Position numbers and translations under genes: made by a program. The notes under the pieces were generated by a model that saw only the letters and a program-made list of their open reading frames with translations, made no database searches and was not told where the DNA came from. A DNA stretch of 64,000 nucleotides, from assembly GCA_963677925.2 (NCBI GenBank), contig CAXXYH010000004.1, positions 256,001-320,000 of the forward strand, in the 5' to 3' direction. This document shows, in pieces, positions 36,748-45,211 of the stretch; positions within the stretch are counted from its first letter, which is position 1, and each line of letters opens with the position of its first letter. This DNA comes from Spirochaetia bacterium (lineage in GTDB: Bacteria > Spirochaetota > Spirochaetia > UBA9216).

Positions 36748-37233
36748 ATGCAGGAAAATAAGATTAGCAATCAGTTTGTGACTTTCAGGATTGAAGAGGA
36801 AACCTATGCAATTGATGTCTTCAAGATCAGAGAAATTCTGGAGGTTCCTGATATAACAAAAGTACCCGGAATGCCAAAAATGATTAGGGGTGTAATAAAT
36901 ATCCGCGGAGCGGTTGTGCCGGTTCTGGATTTAAAGATGAAATTCGGGCAGACAGAGACATCAAAAACTCAGGATACCGCCGTAATAGTAACAGAGATAG
37001 ATTCGGAAGGTGAAACTGTCCTGATGGGGATTATGGTTGACGCTGCTCAGGAAGTTATAACCCTGGAGCAGGAAAATATTGAAGAACCGCCAAAGCTGGG
37101 AATCTTCATTGATAATAAATACCTTCTTGGAATGGGGAAAATAGGAGATAACTTTGTCATTATACTCAACATAGATAAACTGATGTCTAATGAAGAGCTA
37201 AGCATGGTTAACGCTCCGAAGGCAGAAGATTAG
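36748..37233 (+). CDS. cheW: Chemotaxis protein CheW
   Basis: ITKVP..P..IRGVINIRGAVVPVLDL, GIMVD. Confidence 0.95.
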   Translation: MQENKISNQFVTFRIEEETYAIDVFKIREILEVPDITKVPGMPKMIRGVINIRGAVVPVLDLKMKFGQTETSKTQDTAVIVTEIDSEGETVLMGIMVDAAQEVITLEQENIEEPPKLGIFIDNKYLLGMGKIGDNFVIILNIDKLMSNEELSMVNAPKAED

Positions 37234-37236
37234 ACA

Positions 37237-37268
37237 ATAAAACCGGCTGTAAAAACAGCCGGTTTTAT
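37237..37268. terminator. Intrinsic terminator after cheW (possibly bidirectional)
   Basis: Perfect 14-bp inverted repeat ataaaaccggctgt-aaaa-acagccggttttat. Confidence 0.85.
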
Positions 37269-37334
37269 ATAAAAATCGGAGAAAATGGAGAAAGATCCAT
37301 CTAAAGAAAAATTGTGATAAGTCGAAATATAACT

Positions 37335-37844
37335 ATGACTACTGTCAAAGAAGATAAGATTGCTAAAGCCTGTAACATCCTTTTTGGCGAAGATTTTACA
37401 GTAGATAAAGACACTATAAATTACATCCAGATCTCCGGTATAAAAAGAGCATTCAGAACAAAAGTAAAGGAATGCCATCCGGATATAGCCATCCAGCGGG
37501 GTGAACCGGAAAATGCTGAGAAGCAGTTTATTACGCTTAAAGCTGCATATGATTTTCTGGTCTCTGTAAAAACAACACCTGCAGCGGAACGCTCCTACGC
37601 TAAAAAAGAAAGTTCAGCACGCAGCGTTCCCAGACGAAGACTTAGACTTGGAGAATACCTTTACTATGCAGGAAAAATTGACTGGAACCAGTTTATTTCA
37701 GCAATGGCATGGCAGAACATCTCTGAAAAAAAGAACAGCCGTAAACCAAGAATCGGAGACTACTTCATTATTAATAGTATTCTCTCACCATCAGAGATCG
37801 GTTTTTCAGTTTTCAAGATGAATATTCATAATTCTAATTATTAA
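37335..37844 (+). CDS. J-domain protein with C-terminal MshEN-like motifs
   Basis: IKRAFR....CHPD...F..L..AY..L J-domain; RLGEYL..AGKI...WQ and RIGDYF repeats. Start placed at ATG 37335. Confidence 0.8.
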   Translation: MTTVKEDKIAKACNILFGEDFTVDKDTINYIQISGIKRAFRTKVKECHPDIAIQRGEPENAEKQFITLKAAYDFLVSVKTTPAAERSYAKKESSARSVPRRRLRLGEYLYYAGKIDWNQFISAMAWQNISEKKNSRKPRIGDYFIINSILSPSEIGFSVFKMNIHNSNY

Positions 37845-38431
37845 AAAAGGACTACCCGACCACCGTCTTCCGTACCGCTTAAACGTTCCTTGTATTCTTT
37901 CATGAGTCTGTCGAGGTTTGTTCGGTCGGTTTTTATTTTTCTAACTTTAACCCGGAAATCCTTAACATCCAGATAAATTTTTCTGGCCAAAACCCCGCCG
38001 GTATCTTCAGCAGCTACAGGGATTCTTTCAGTTTTAAGAAATTCGAAGGCAAACTTGATGTTTTCTTTTCCAATTTCCATGTGACTTGATTTGGTTTCAA
38101 GAACACTGCTGCCGCCGAATACCTTGGCTACAAAATTACTTTTCCGCCCTCCGGCTTTCAGAAGCAGATTTATAAGTGCCTCCATAGCAAAGACTCCGTA
38201 TCTTTCCAGGTTAAAATATTTTTCACGGCTTTTTATTGATTCCATATCAACAGTCTTTGTAAGCATGAAATGATTAAGCCCGCTGAATTTTATTGAAGGG
38301 TCTGTCAGCGCCACAGCTACACATGAGCCAAGAACAGTATTTATCATTATATCTTCCCCGGAAGCAAAGAATTCTCCCGGGGCAATGTTCATTGTCTGTT
38401 TCTGAAACTTGCTGTCAAAATACTGATACAT
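37841..38431 (-). CDS. cheD: Chemoreceptor glutamine deamidase CheD
   Basis: TVLGSCVAV, GLNHFML, AKVFGG, IG.EN, EDTGG..ARK. Confidence 0.95.
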   Translation of the reverse strand: MYQYFDSKFQKQTMNIAPGEFFASGEDIMINTVLGSCVAVALTDPSIKFSGLNHFMLTKTVDMESIKSREKYFNLERYGVFAMEALINLLLKAGGRKSNFVAKVFGGSSVLETKSSHMEIGKENIKFAFEFLKTERIPVAAEDTGGVLARKIYLDVKDFRVKVRKIKTDRTNLDRLMKEYKERLSGTEDGGRVVLF

Positions 38432-38447
38432 TATCTGATTACTTTTT

Positions 38448-38813
38448 TCAGCCTATAACCTTTTTCACAGTGGCAATAAGTTTGTCGTTGGAAAAAGGCT
38501 TTACTATCCATCCGGTTGCACCGGCATTTTTGCCTTCCTGCATTATAGAAGCCTGAGATTCAGTTGTAAGAACCAGAATAGGTGTAAATTTATGTATATC
38601 CGTAGCCCTCAATTCTTTTACCATGGTTATACCGTCCATATTAGGCATGTTCACATCTGTAATTATCAAATCAACCTTTTCAGACTTCAGCTTGTTAAGC
38701 CCATCCTGCCCGTCACAGGCTTCCATGGTTTCATATCCATTCTCTTTCAGTATAAAACTGACACTCTGTCTTATAGCATTTGAGTCATCTACTATTATTA
38801 TTTTCTGGGCCAT
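38448..38813 (-). CDS. cheY: CheY response regulator
   Basis: Stand-alone REC domain: VDDS, TDVNMPNMDG, LTTES, GWIVKPF. Confidence 0.93.
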   Translation of the reverse strand: MAQKIIIVDDSNAIRQSVSFILKENGYETMEACDGQDGLNKLKSEKVDLIITDVNMPNMDGITMVKELRATDIHKFTPILVLTTESQASIMQEGKNAGATGWIVKPFSNDKLIATVKKVIG

Positions 38814-38827
38814 TCTGTACTCCTTAT

Positions 38828-40603
38828 TTAAAACAATGTAATCTCACCTGCTTCCAGAGCAGATTCTTCAACTTCAAAGCCGCTGATATCACCGGCCGTC
38901 TTTTTATGAGTGTATATAGTAAATTTGTTTATAACCGTATTCAGCGAATCATTTTCAATCCGCCATTCGGAAAGCCCCCGGCTTTTCAGATTATTCAGAT
39001 AAACCGGTTCGACAGTCTGTTTCAGTTTTGAAAGCTGAGTAATAACATCACCCATATCCTTTGCCAGAACCTTCAAATCTTCCATTTCCTGCACTGAGAG
39101 ACTGAACAGATCCCTGAACTCCTGAGTAAAAAAATTGAGTTTATTCAGCGTAGAAGAGAAGTTTACATTTATTTCATGAAAATTAGCAGAATGCACTTCT
39201 ACATCCTTTGTAAACAGACCTAAAAACTGTTTTTCTACTTTCAGATATTCATTGTATTCCGAATATATTTCACCTGTTGTGCCTATGAATTTTCCTGTAA
39301 ATCTCTGCCCATCCTTTATCTGCTCCTGAATTCTGGTTACAAGCTCAGTCATATCGTCTACAGATCCGACCATCTCACTCAGCATTCTACTCTTTGTTAG
39401 CTCAATACGGGAAAGAACAGTAACGTTCTGCAGCCAATCTGAAATTTTTTCGAAATTAACAATATCATCGGATATGCTGCGGACATGAGACAGAATTTCT
39501 GTAATTATCTTAAGATGCTCTCTCCGTTTTTCAGACAGGCTGTTGATATTATTCTGAAGTTTAAGAAATATATCTTTTGCCAGACCAATGGTAGAGACTT
39601 TCTGTTCAAAAGAACTCACAGCCCTGCTTTTATCAGTCTGGATAGATTCGAGTTTGTTACTTGCATTATTAAAATTTTCAATAAAAACGCTTATCGTAGC
39701 ATTTAGCCTTTCAGTAACCTCTTCAACCATCGATACCGCAAGATCAATAAGTCTCAATCCAAACATAACCCTGTCCATCTGCTCATCTGAAAGAGGCTGC
39801 GCAGAGTTCAGCACCGGATCAAAATCAGGAAGCTCTTTAATAGAAAGCAGGATCTGGTCTATAGTCTGCCGGATTATATCCTGCTGCTGAAGTTCCTGCA
39901 TGATGCGCAGAATATCTGCTCGGACATCATCAGATTCTCTTCTGAGCTGAAGCAGAAGAGTACTGATTATTTCCGACTCATTCTGAAAAGTATCCAGATT
40001 TGCCATTATTTGTCTTTCAACAGTATCCAGAAGAACTTTACGATCTTCATTAAGAGCCTTGTCTATAAGCAGAAACTCATCAAGATGCCGTTTCACCTCT
40101 TTACCCTTAAGCTCAAGCAAATCTGTGTTGTTTATTGTGTCGCCGGTTACCTTTTTCAGGTTATCCGTTATTACCGAAAAGCCTTCTCCGCCTTTCCCTG
40201 CCCTCACAGCATTAATCAGGGCATTCAGCGAAACTATCTGAAGAGATTCTGAAATTTCCCGTATTTCATCAATGTAAATCTGGGAATCCGCATACTCCTG
40301 TATAGAGGAAGTCAGCCTGTCGGTTATATCCTTGTCCTTCTTTTTATTCTCGTCCAGCTCAAGAAGGTAATTTCTTGATGAAGACTTCTGCTCCTCGATA
40401 TAGGAGAGTAAGGTTTTTGATTTTTCAAATTCACTATTGCCGCCCGAAATCTGAATAATTGATAAATTCTGAATAAGCGATTCGGCAGTTTTTATTCCCG
40501 ACTCCAGAGTGCGCAGCAGCTCGGGATAATGTTCAGCAATCCTGCCGAAAATATCTTCAGTTTCTTTTACAACTTTTTCCAGGCTCACGTCAGTTAATTT
40601 CAT
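38828..40603 (-). CDS. Soluble chemoreceptor-like coiled-coil protein with a divergent signalling tip
   Basis: No TM segments; VSLNALINAVRAGKGGEGFSVI hairpin-tip motif; LQQQDIIRQ motif; located inside the che operon. Confidence 0.7.
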   Translation of the reverse strand: MKLTDVSLEKVVKETEDIFGRIAEHYPELLRTLESGIKTAESLIQNLSIIQISGGNSEFEKSKTLLSYIEEQKSSSRNYLLELDENKKKDKDITDRLTSSIQEYADSQIYIDEIREISESLQIVSLNALINAVRAGKGGEGFSVITDNLKKVTGDTINNTDLLELKGKEVKRHLDEFLLIDKALNEDRKVLLDTVERQIMANLDTFQNESEIISTLLLQLRRESDDVRADILRIMQELQQQDIIRQTIDQILLSIKELPDFDPVLNSAQPLSDEQMDRVMFGLRLIDLAVSMVEEVTERLNATISVFIENFNNASNKLESIQTDKSRAVSSFEQKVSTIGLAKDIFLKLQNNINSLSEKRREHLKIITEILSHVRSISDDIVNFEKISDWLQNVTVLSRIELTKSRMLSEMVGSVDDMTELVTRIQEQIKDGQRFTGKFIGTTGEIYSEYNEYLKVEKQFLGLFTKDVEVHSANFHEINVNFSSTLNKLNFFTQEFRDLFSLSVQEMEDLKVLAKDMGDVITQLSKLKQTVEPVYLNNLKSRGLSEWRIENDSLNTVINKFTIYTHKKTAGDISGFEVEESALEAGEITLF

Positions 40604-41706
40604 TATGATTTAATCATCGCCTCCCTCAGCATATCCTGAGCAATTTTAGTAAGCGGAAGGATATTATCCACCCCTCCTTTTTTAACAGCCTCATTGGGCA
40701 TGCCGTATACAACACAGCTTGCTTCATCCTGAGCAATATTGTATGCTCCCGCCTGCTTCATTTCAAGCATCCCTGCAGCTCCATCGTCACCCATGCCGGT
40801 CATGATAATACCTATAGCATTCTTGCCTGCATACCTTGCTGTTGATCTGAAAAGTACATCTACCGACGGCCGGTGCCTGCTGACAAGCGGACCGTCCTTT
40901 ATTTCTACATAATATCTTGCGCCGCTTCGTTTAAGAAGCATATGCTTATTACCAGGTGCAATTAAAGCATGTCCGCGAAGGACCGTATCGTTATTCTCTG
41001 CTTCCTTAACTGTTATGGCACAAAGGGTATTAAGTCTCTCGGCAAAACTTCTGGTAAATTTCTCAGGCATATGCTGAACAATCACAATTCCGGGACTGTT
41101 TGCCGGCAGAGATTCAAGAAAAAGTTTCAGCGCCTCAGTACCTCCGGTGGAAGCCCCAACTGAAACGACCTTTTCAGTTGTTTCAATAACCTTGTAGTTT
41201 GCCTGCCCGGGGATGATTACATCTGCCGTAAGTTTCGGGGCAACCCTGTGCTTGTCCATTACAGCGGTCGGTGTAATAGTTCCGCCTGATTTTCTGCTGA
41301 CACGAGAGGCGGCAGCGCTCCTTACGGCATCACTGATTATTATTTTCGACTCTTCAATAAACTGTTTTGTCCCCAGCTTGGGTTTTCTGATAATATCCAC
41401 AGCCCCTGCTTCAAGTGCATTTATTGCATTCTGGGAATTAGATTCCGCCTGACTTGAACATATTATCACAGGAAGAGGGTTTGTGCTCATTACCTGACGC
41501 AAAAAGGTTATCCCATCCATCCTCGGCATTTCAATATCCAGAGTAATTACGTCCGGCTTTACAGTCTTCAGCTTATCTGCGGCGACCAGAGGATCCCTTG
41601 CAACACCGATTACTTCAATATCATCAGTGCTGTTCAGTATTTCGGTCATTGACTGTCTGACTACAGCTGAATCATCAACTACAAGCACTTTAATCTTGTC
41701 TTTCAT
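40603..41706 (-). CDS. cheB: Chemotaxis methylesterase CheB
   Basis: REC domain plus [27 protein letters not shown]. Confidence 0.97.
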   Translation of the reverse strand: MKDKIKVLVVDDSAVVRQSMTEILNSTDDIEVIGVARDPLVAADKLKTVKPDVITLDIEMPRMDGITFLRQVMSTNPLPVIICSSQAESNSQNAINALEAGAVDIIRKPKLGTKQFIEESKIIISDAVRSAAASRVSRKSGGTITPTAVMDKHRVAPKLTADVIIPGQANYKVIETTEKVVSVGASTGGTEALKLFLESLPANSPGIVIVQHMPEKFTRSFAERLNTLCAITVKEAENNDTVLRGHALIAPGNKHMLLKRSGARYYVEIKDGPLVSRHRPSVDVLFRSTARYAGKNAIGIIMTGMGDDGAAGMLEMKQAGAYNIAQDEASCVVYGMPNEAVKKGGVDNILPLTKIAQDMLREAMIKS

Positions 41707-41713
41707 ATTTTAA

Positions 41714-42556
41714 CTACTCCTTAAGATAGACAGAAGATCCGACAGTCTCAAGATTATTTCTCATACCGGCAAGACTTTCTGAATGGCCGAGAAAAAGATA
41801 AGAATGCGGATTCATATGGTTTACAAGTCTTCTGATAACATCGGTCTGATTTTCCTTACTGAAATAGATCAGGACATTCCTGCAGAAAACAATATCGTAA
41901 TGATCTTTGAGTCCATACTGTTCCTTCTTAAGATTAATCTCCCGAAACCTGACCCGGTTACGGATAAAAGGCTTAACCCTTACAAATGACGAGTTTTCAC
42001 CCTTACCGCGCATAAAATATTTTTTCTTGAATGCATCTGAAACTACATCAATTTCATGCATCGGATAGATAGCTTTTTTTGCCTTCTCCAGCACCGTCGG
42101 GCTTATATCCGTGGCTGTTATTGAATAATCCAGATGCCCGTGTTTTTCTATAAATTCTTCCATGAACATCGCCATGTTATAAGGCTCCGGTCCCGTGGAA
42201 CAGGCTACCGACCATAGCTTTATCTCACGTCTGGTTTTTACAATCTCGGGAAGTGCCGTATGAAGCATAAACTCAAAGTGAGCAGGCTCCCTCATGAAGT
42301 CCGTCTTGTTAGTCGTGATGGCATCTATCATCTCAATGATTTCTGACTCACCCTGAGGAGTGTTGAAGACAAAATCAACATATTCCTTAAATGTCGGTAT
42401 ATTCAGGAGCTTCAGTCTTTTCTGAAGCCTTGATTCAAGCAGAGTTCTCTTTACCGGAGGAAGTTTAATTCCTACTTCCTCTTCAATGAAAGCACTCAGT
42501 CTGGAAAATTCCTTATCTCCAATTTTTTTAATTCCAAGTTCAGCTGTGTTTTCCAT
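41714..42556 (-). CDS. cheR: Chemotaxis methyltransferase CheR
   Basis: TTNKT.F.RE..HF, WS.ACSTG.EPY, ATDIS, FCRNVLIYF, LGHSE. Confidence 0.96.
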   Translation of the reverse strand: MENTAELGIKKIGDKEFSRLSAFIEEEVGIKLPPVKRTLLESRLQKRLKLLNIPTFKEYVDFVFNTPQGESEIIEMIDAITTNKTDFMREPAHFEFMLHTALPEIVKTRREIKLWSVACSTGPEPYNMAMFMEEFIEKHGHLDYSITATDISPTVLEKAKKAIYPMHEIDVVSDAFKKKYFMRGKGENSSFVRVKPFIRNRVRFREINLKKEQYGLKDHYDIVFCRNVLIYFSKENQTDVIRRLVNHMNPHSYLFLGHSESLAGMRNNLETVGSSVYLKE

Positions 42557-44690
42557 TTACAAAGTTCTCTTCTTTAAGCTTTGATGTTTTTATCAAACCT
42601 TCCGTATCAAGTATTAAAGCAACCGTCCCGTCTCCAAGAATTGTTGCTCCCGAAAATCCTTTTGCATTCTTAAAAATTGATGATAATGACTTTATAACTG
42701 TCTGATTTTCACCTATTACCCTGTCTACACAGAAACCTACCTGCTGGCCTTCAGATTTCACTACTACAATCTGTTCAATCTCAGGCCGTTCGTCATCAAT
42801 ACCGAATTCTGTTCTTAAATCGATATAAGGAAGCAATGCCCCTCTGAACGGAATCATTTTTCTGCTGGAACTGCTGGGCCTGTCTTCGGCCTTGCTTTCA
42901 ATACAGGCTTCAACAACACCAAGCGGGAATATATAGTTGTGGTCTGAAACACTGACTAGAAATCCGTCGATAATGGCCAGGGTAAGAGGCAGAGACAATG
43001 ATATTCTTGTAAACTCGCCTTCTGAACTCTCTATACGGACAGTACCGTTCAAACTCTCGATCTGCCTTTTTACAACATCCATACCTACTCCGCGGCCTGA
43101 CACATTGGTAACCTGGGCCGCGGTTGAAAATCCCGGAGCAAAAATCATCTGAAAAATTTCTTCTTCAGTAAGACCGTTCTCGGTAGTTATAATCTTGTTT
43201 TTTAAAGCCTTGTCCAGTATTTTACGTTTATTGAGTCCAGCCCCGTCATCTTCAATTATGATGCGTACCGAAGCTCCTGCATGTTCAGCCTTTAAGGTCA
43301 GCGTTCCCTCAGCAGGCTTCCCGGCAGCTCGGCGGATATCAGGGGCTTCAATTCCGTGATCCAGTGAATTTCTGATAAGATGAACCAGCGGGTCATTGAG
43401 TTTCTCGATAACTGTCTTATCGAGCTCTGTTTCCTCACCCTCTGTTACCAGATTTACAGTTTTTCCCATATCATTTGAAAGATCACGAACCAGACGCTTG
43501 AATCTGCTGAATGTAGTTCCAATCGGAAGAAGTCTCATACTCATTGTATTCTCACGCAGACTCTCGGTTATCCTTCCAAGCTGTTCAACCATCGAATGCA
43601 GTTCCGCATTAGTACTGGCACTTTCACGGTCAATCCTTGCGTGAACAGTTACAAGCTCACCTACCAGATTTACCAGCTCATCAAGCTTGTCGGAATTAAC
43701 CCTGAGTGAAGCGGTTCCGGCTTTTTCCTTCTCCGCCCGTTTTTCGTTTACGGTTTTTATAAAGTTCTGTTCTGAAAGAGCCTTTTCAACAGCCTCCTCG
43801 GTAGCAATGTTATTTTCAAGTATCAGCTCTCCCAGCCTTTTCTGTTTGCCAAGAAGGTTTCTGAGTGCATCCTCATCAATATCGCCTCGATCAAGAAGTA
43901 TCTGGCCCAGCTTGGGAGTTGAGCCGTCTACGCCTTCAAGGTTTGCATCCGGAACCATTTCAATGATCAGCTCGGATTCATTTTCAACAAAGATAAATAC
44001 ATCCCTTATTTCATTGCCGCCTTTGGAGGAAAGAAGAAGAATATCCCAGAAGATATAGCATTTTTCCGGATCAATTGAATCAAGATCCGGAATACCGTTG
44101 ATGTCGGGAAGAACCAGGGTTTCCCCGAGTTCCGCCAGCTCCTGGATAAGCAGAATTGGATTAGTCCCGTTCATAAAGATATCTTCTGACGGCTTGAATT
44201 TTATGCGCCACAAATTTTCAGGTTCTTTCCGCAGTTCGGGCTCAGATTTCTTTGCAGGGCTGCCGCCTTTCTCATCCCCGGAGTCCTTTCCTGCAATATC
44301 CTGAAAATTAACCGCAGCCTGAAACTTTGCAACTATTTCAGATGATTTTTCAATCAAAGCCTTCCTGACGTCAGGAAGCTCATCGGCCTCAATAAGTGCG
44401 GTTATGTGATCTCCCGATTTAAGGGTCCAGTCAATAAGTTCCCTGCTCACTGCAAGCTTATCTTCCCTGACAGCATCAAGGATATTTTCAATGTGATGGG
44501 TAAACTCCGATACATATTCAAAGCCGAACATGGCCGAAGACCCCTTAATCGTGTGAATTATTCTGAATACAGCTGAAACTTTCTCTTTATCATCCGGGAA
44601 CTCTTCCATCTCCAGAAGTTTAGATTCAAGCGAGCTTAGTAACTCTGTGGCTTCTTCAATAAATGCCGTTTTAAACTGATCAGCGTTCAT
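42540..44690 (-). CDS. cheA: Chemotaxis histidine kinase CheA
   Basis: FR..HTIKGS Hpt domain, LDELVNLVGELV, DPLVHLIRNSLDHGIE, FAPGFSTA, SGRGVGMDVV, LPLTLAI, CheW-like P5. Start placed at ATG 44690. Confidence 0.97.
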   Translation of the reverse strand: MNADQFKTAFIEEATELLSSLESKLLEMEEFPDDKEKVSAVFRIIHTIKGSSAMFGFEYVSEFTHHIENILDAVREDKLAVSRELIDWTLKSGDHITALIEADELPDVRKALIEKSSEIVAKFQAAVNFQDIAGKDSGDEKGGSPAKKSEPELRKEPENLWRIKFKPSEDIFMNGTNPILLIQELAELGETLVLPDINGIPDLDSIDPEKCYIFWDILLLSSKGGNEIRDVFIFVENESELIIEMVPDANLEGVDGSTPKLGQILLDRGDIDEDALRNLLGKQKRLGELILENNIATEEAVEKALSEQNFIKTVNEKRAEKEKAGTASLRVNSDKLDELVNLVGELVTVHARIDRESASTNAELHSMVEQLGRITESLRENTMSMRLLPIGTTFSRFKRLVRDLSNDMGKTVNLVTEGEETELDKTVIEKLNDPLVHLIRNSLDHGIEAPDIRRAAGKPAEGTLTLKAEHAGASVRIIIEDDGAGLNKRKILDKALKNKIITTENGLTEEEIFQMIFAPGFSTAAQVTNVSGRGVGMDVVKRQIESLNGTVRIESSEGEFTRISLSLPLTLAIIDGFLVSVSDHNYIFPLGVVEACIESKAEDRPSSSSRKMIPFRGALLPYIDLRTEFGIDDERPEIEQIVVVKSEGQQVGFCVDRVIGENQTVIKSLSSIFKNAKGFSGATILGDGTVALILDTEGLIKTSKLKEENFVNGKHS

Positions 44691-44997
44691 ATCCGGTTCT
44701 CCTGATGTTATAACAGTCATCCTGCCCCGATTTACTGCAGAGACAGAATCCGTTTGCAACTACCTTCTGATAGATGTCTTCGTTCAGCTCTCCGGTAAAA
44801 CAGTAAGCAGAACCGCCCTTTTCAGCTGATTTTTGAGCAGATATCAGCAGCTGAATCCCTGATAAATCTATTTTTTCAACCTCACTGAGGTTTATTGATC
44901 CTTCCTTAGCCTTTTTCAGGCCTTCCTTTAAAACATCAAGGACTTCGGCTGTATTGGCAACAGTAAGATCTCTAAGGATTTTGCCCTTTTTCATCAA
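44680..44997 (-). CDS. STAS domain protein
   Basis: DLTV, INLSEVEKIDLSGIQLL; first gene of the che operon. Confidence 0.85.
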   Translation of the reverse strand: MMKKGKILRDLTVANTAEVLDVLKEGLKKAKEGSINLSEVEKIDLSGIQLLISAQKSAEKGGSAYCFTGELNEDIYQKVVANGFCLCSKSGQDDCYNIRRTGYER

Positions 44998-45064
44998 AAT
45001 TTCTCCATCGAAAATCTCAGAAATCTACGATTTCTGAAGTTCCCTATTATTATTCCTGACTTAA

Positions 45065-45093
45065 ATTATGGTGGATCCAAATTCCAATGTCAA
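45065..45093 (-). promoter_or_regulatory. Sigma70-type promoter of the che operon
   Basis: TTGACA (45093-45088), 17 nt spacer, CATAAT (45070-45065). Confidence 0.65.
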
Positions 45094-45096
45094 AGA

Positions 45097-45132
45097 AAGA
45101 GGATCCTAAAAAAATAATTTTAGAATCCTCTT
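45097..45132 (-). terminator. Probable terminator after the vWA gene
   Basis: aagaggat.ctaaaa / ttttag.atcctctt stem, U-rich on the minus-strand 3' side. Confidence 0.5.
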
Positions 45133-45211
45133 GTAATAATTTTAAATTTCTATGGCGCAAATAAATATTTAAAGACCCCAATGCTGAAAATACGGCACAG
45201 AGGTCCTTATT

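Noticed and set aside
32454-45000. Large genomic island integrated at tRNA-Ala
   Set aside because: The only second copy of the tRNA 3' end I found is 193 nt downstream, and no integrase is present in the window.
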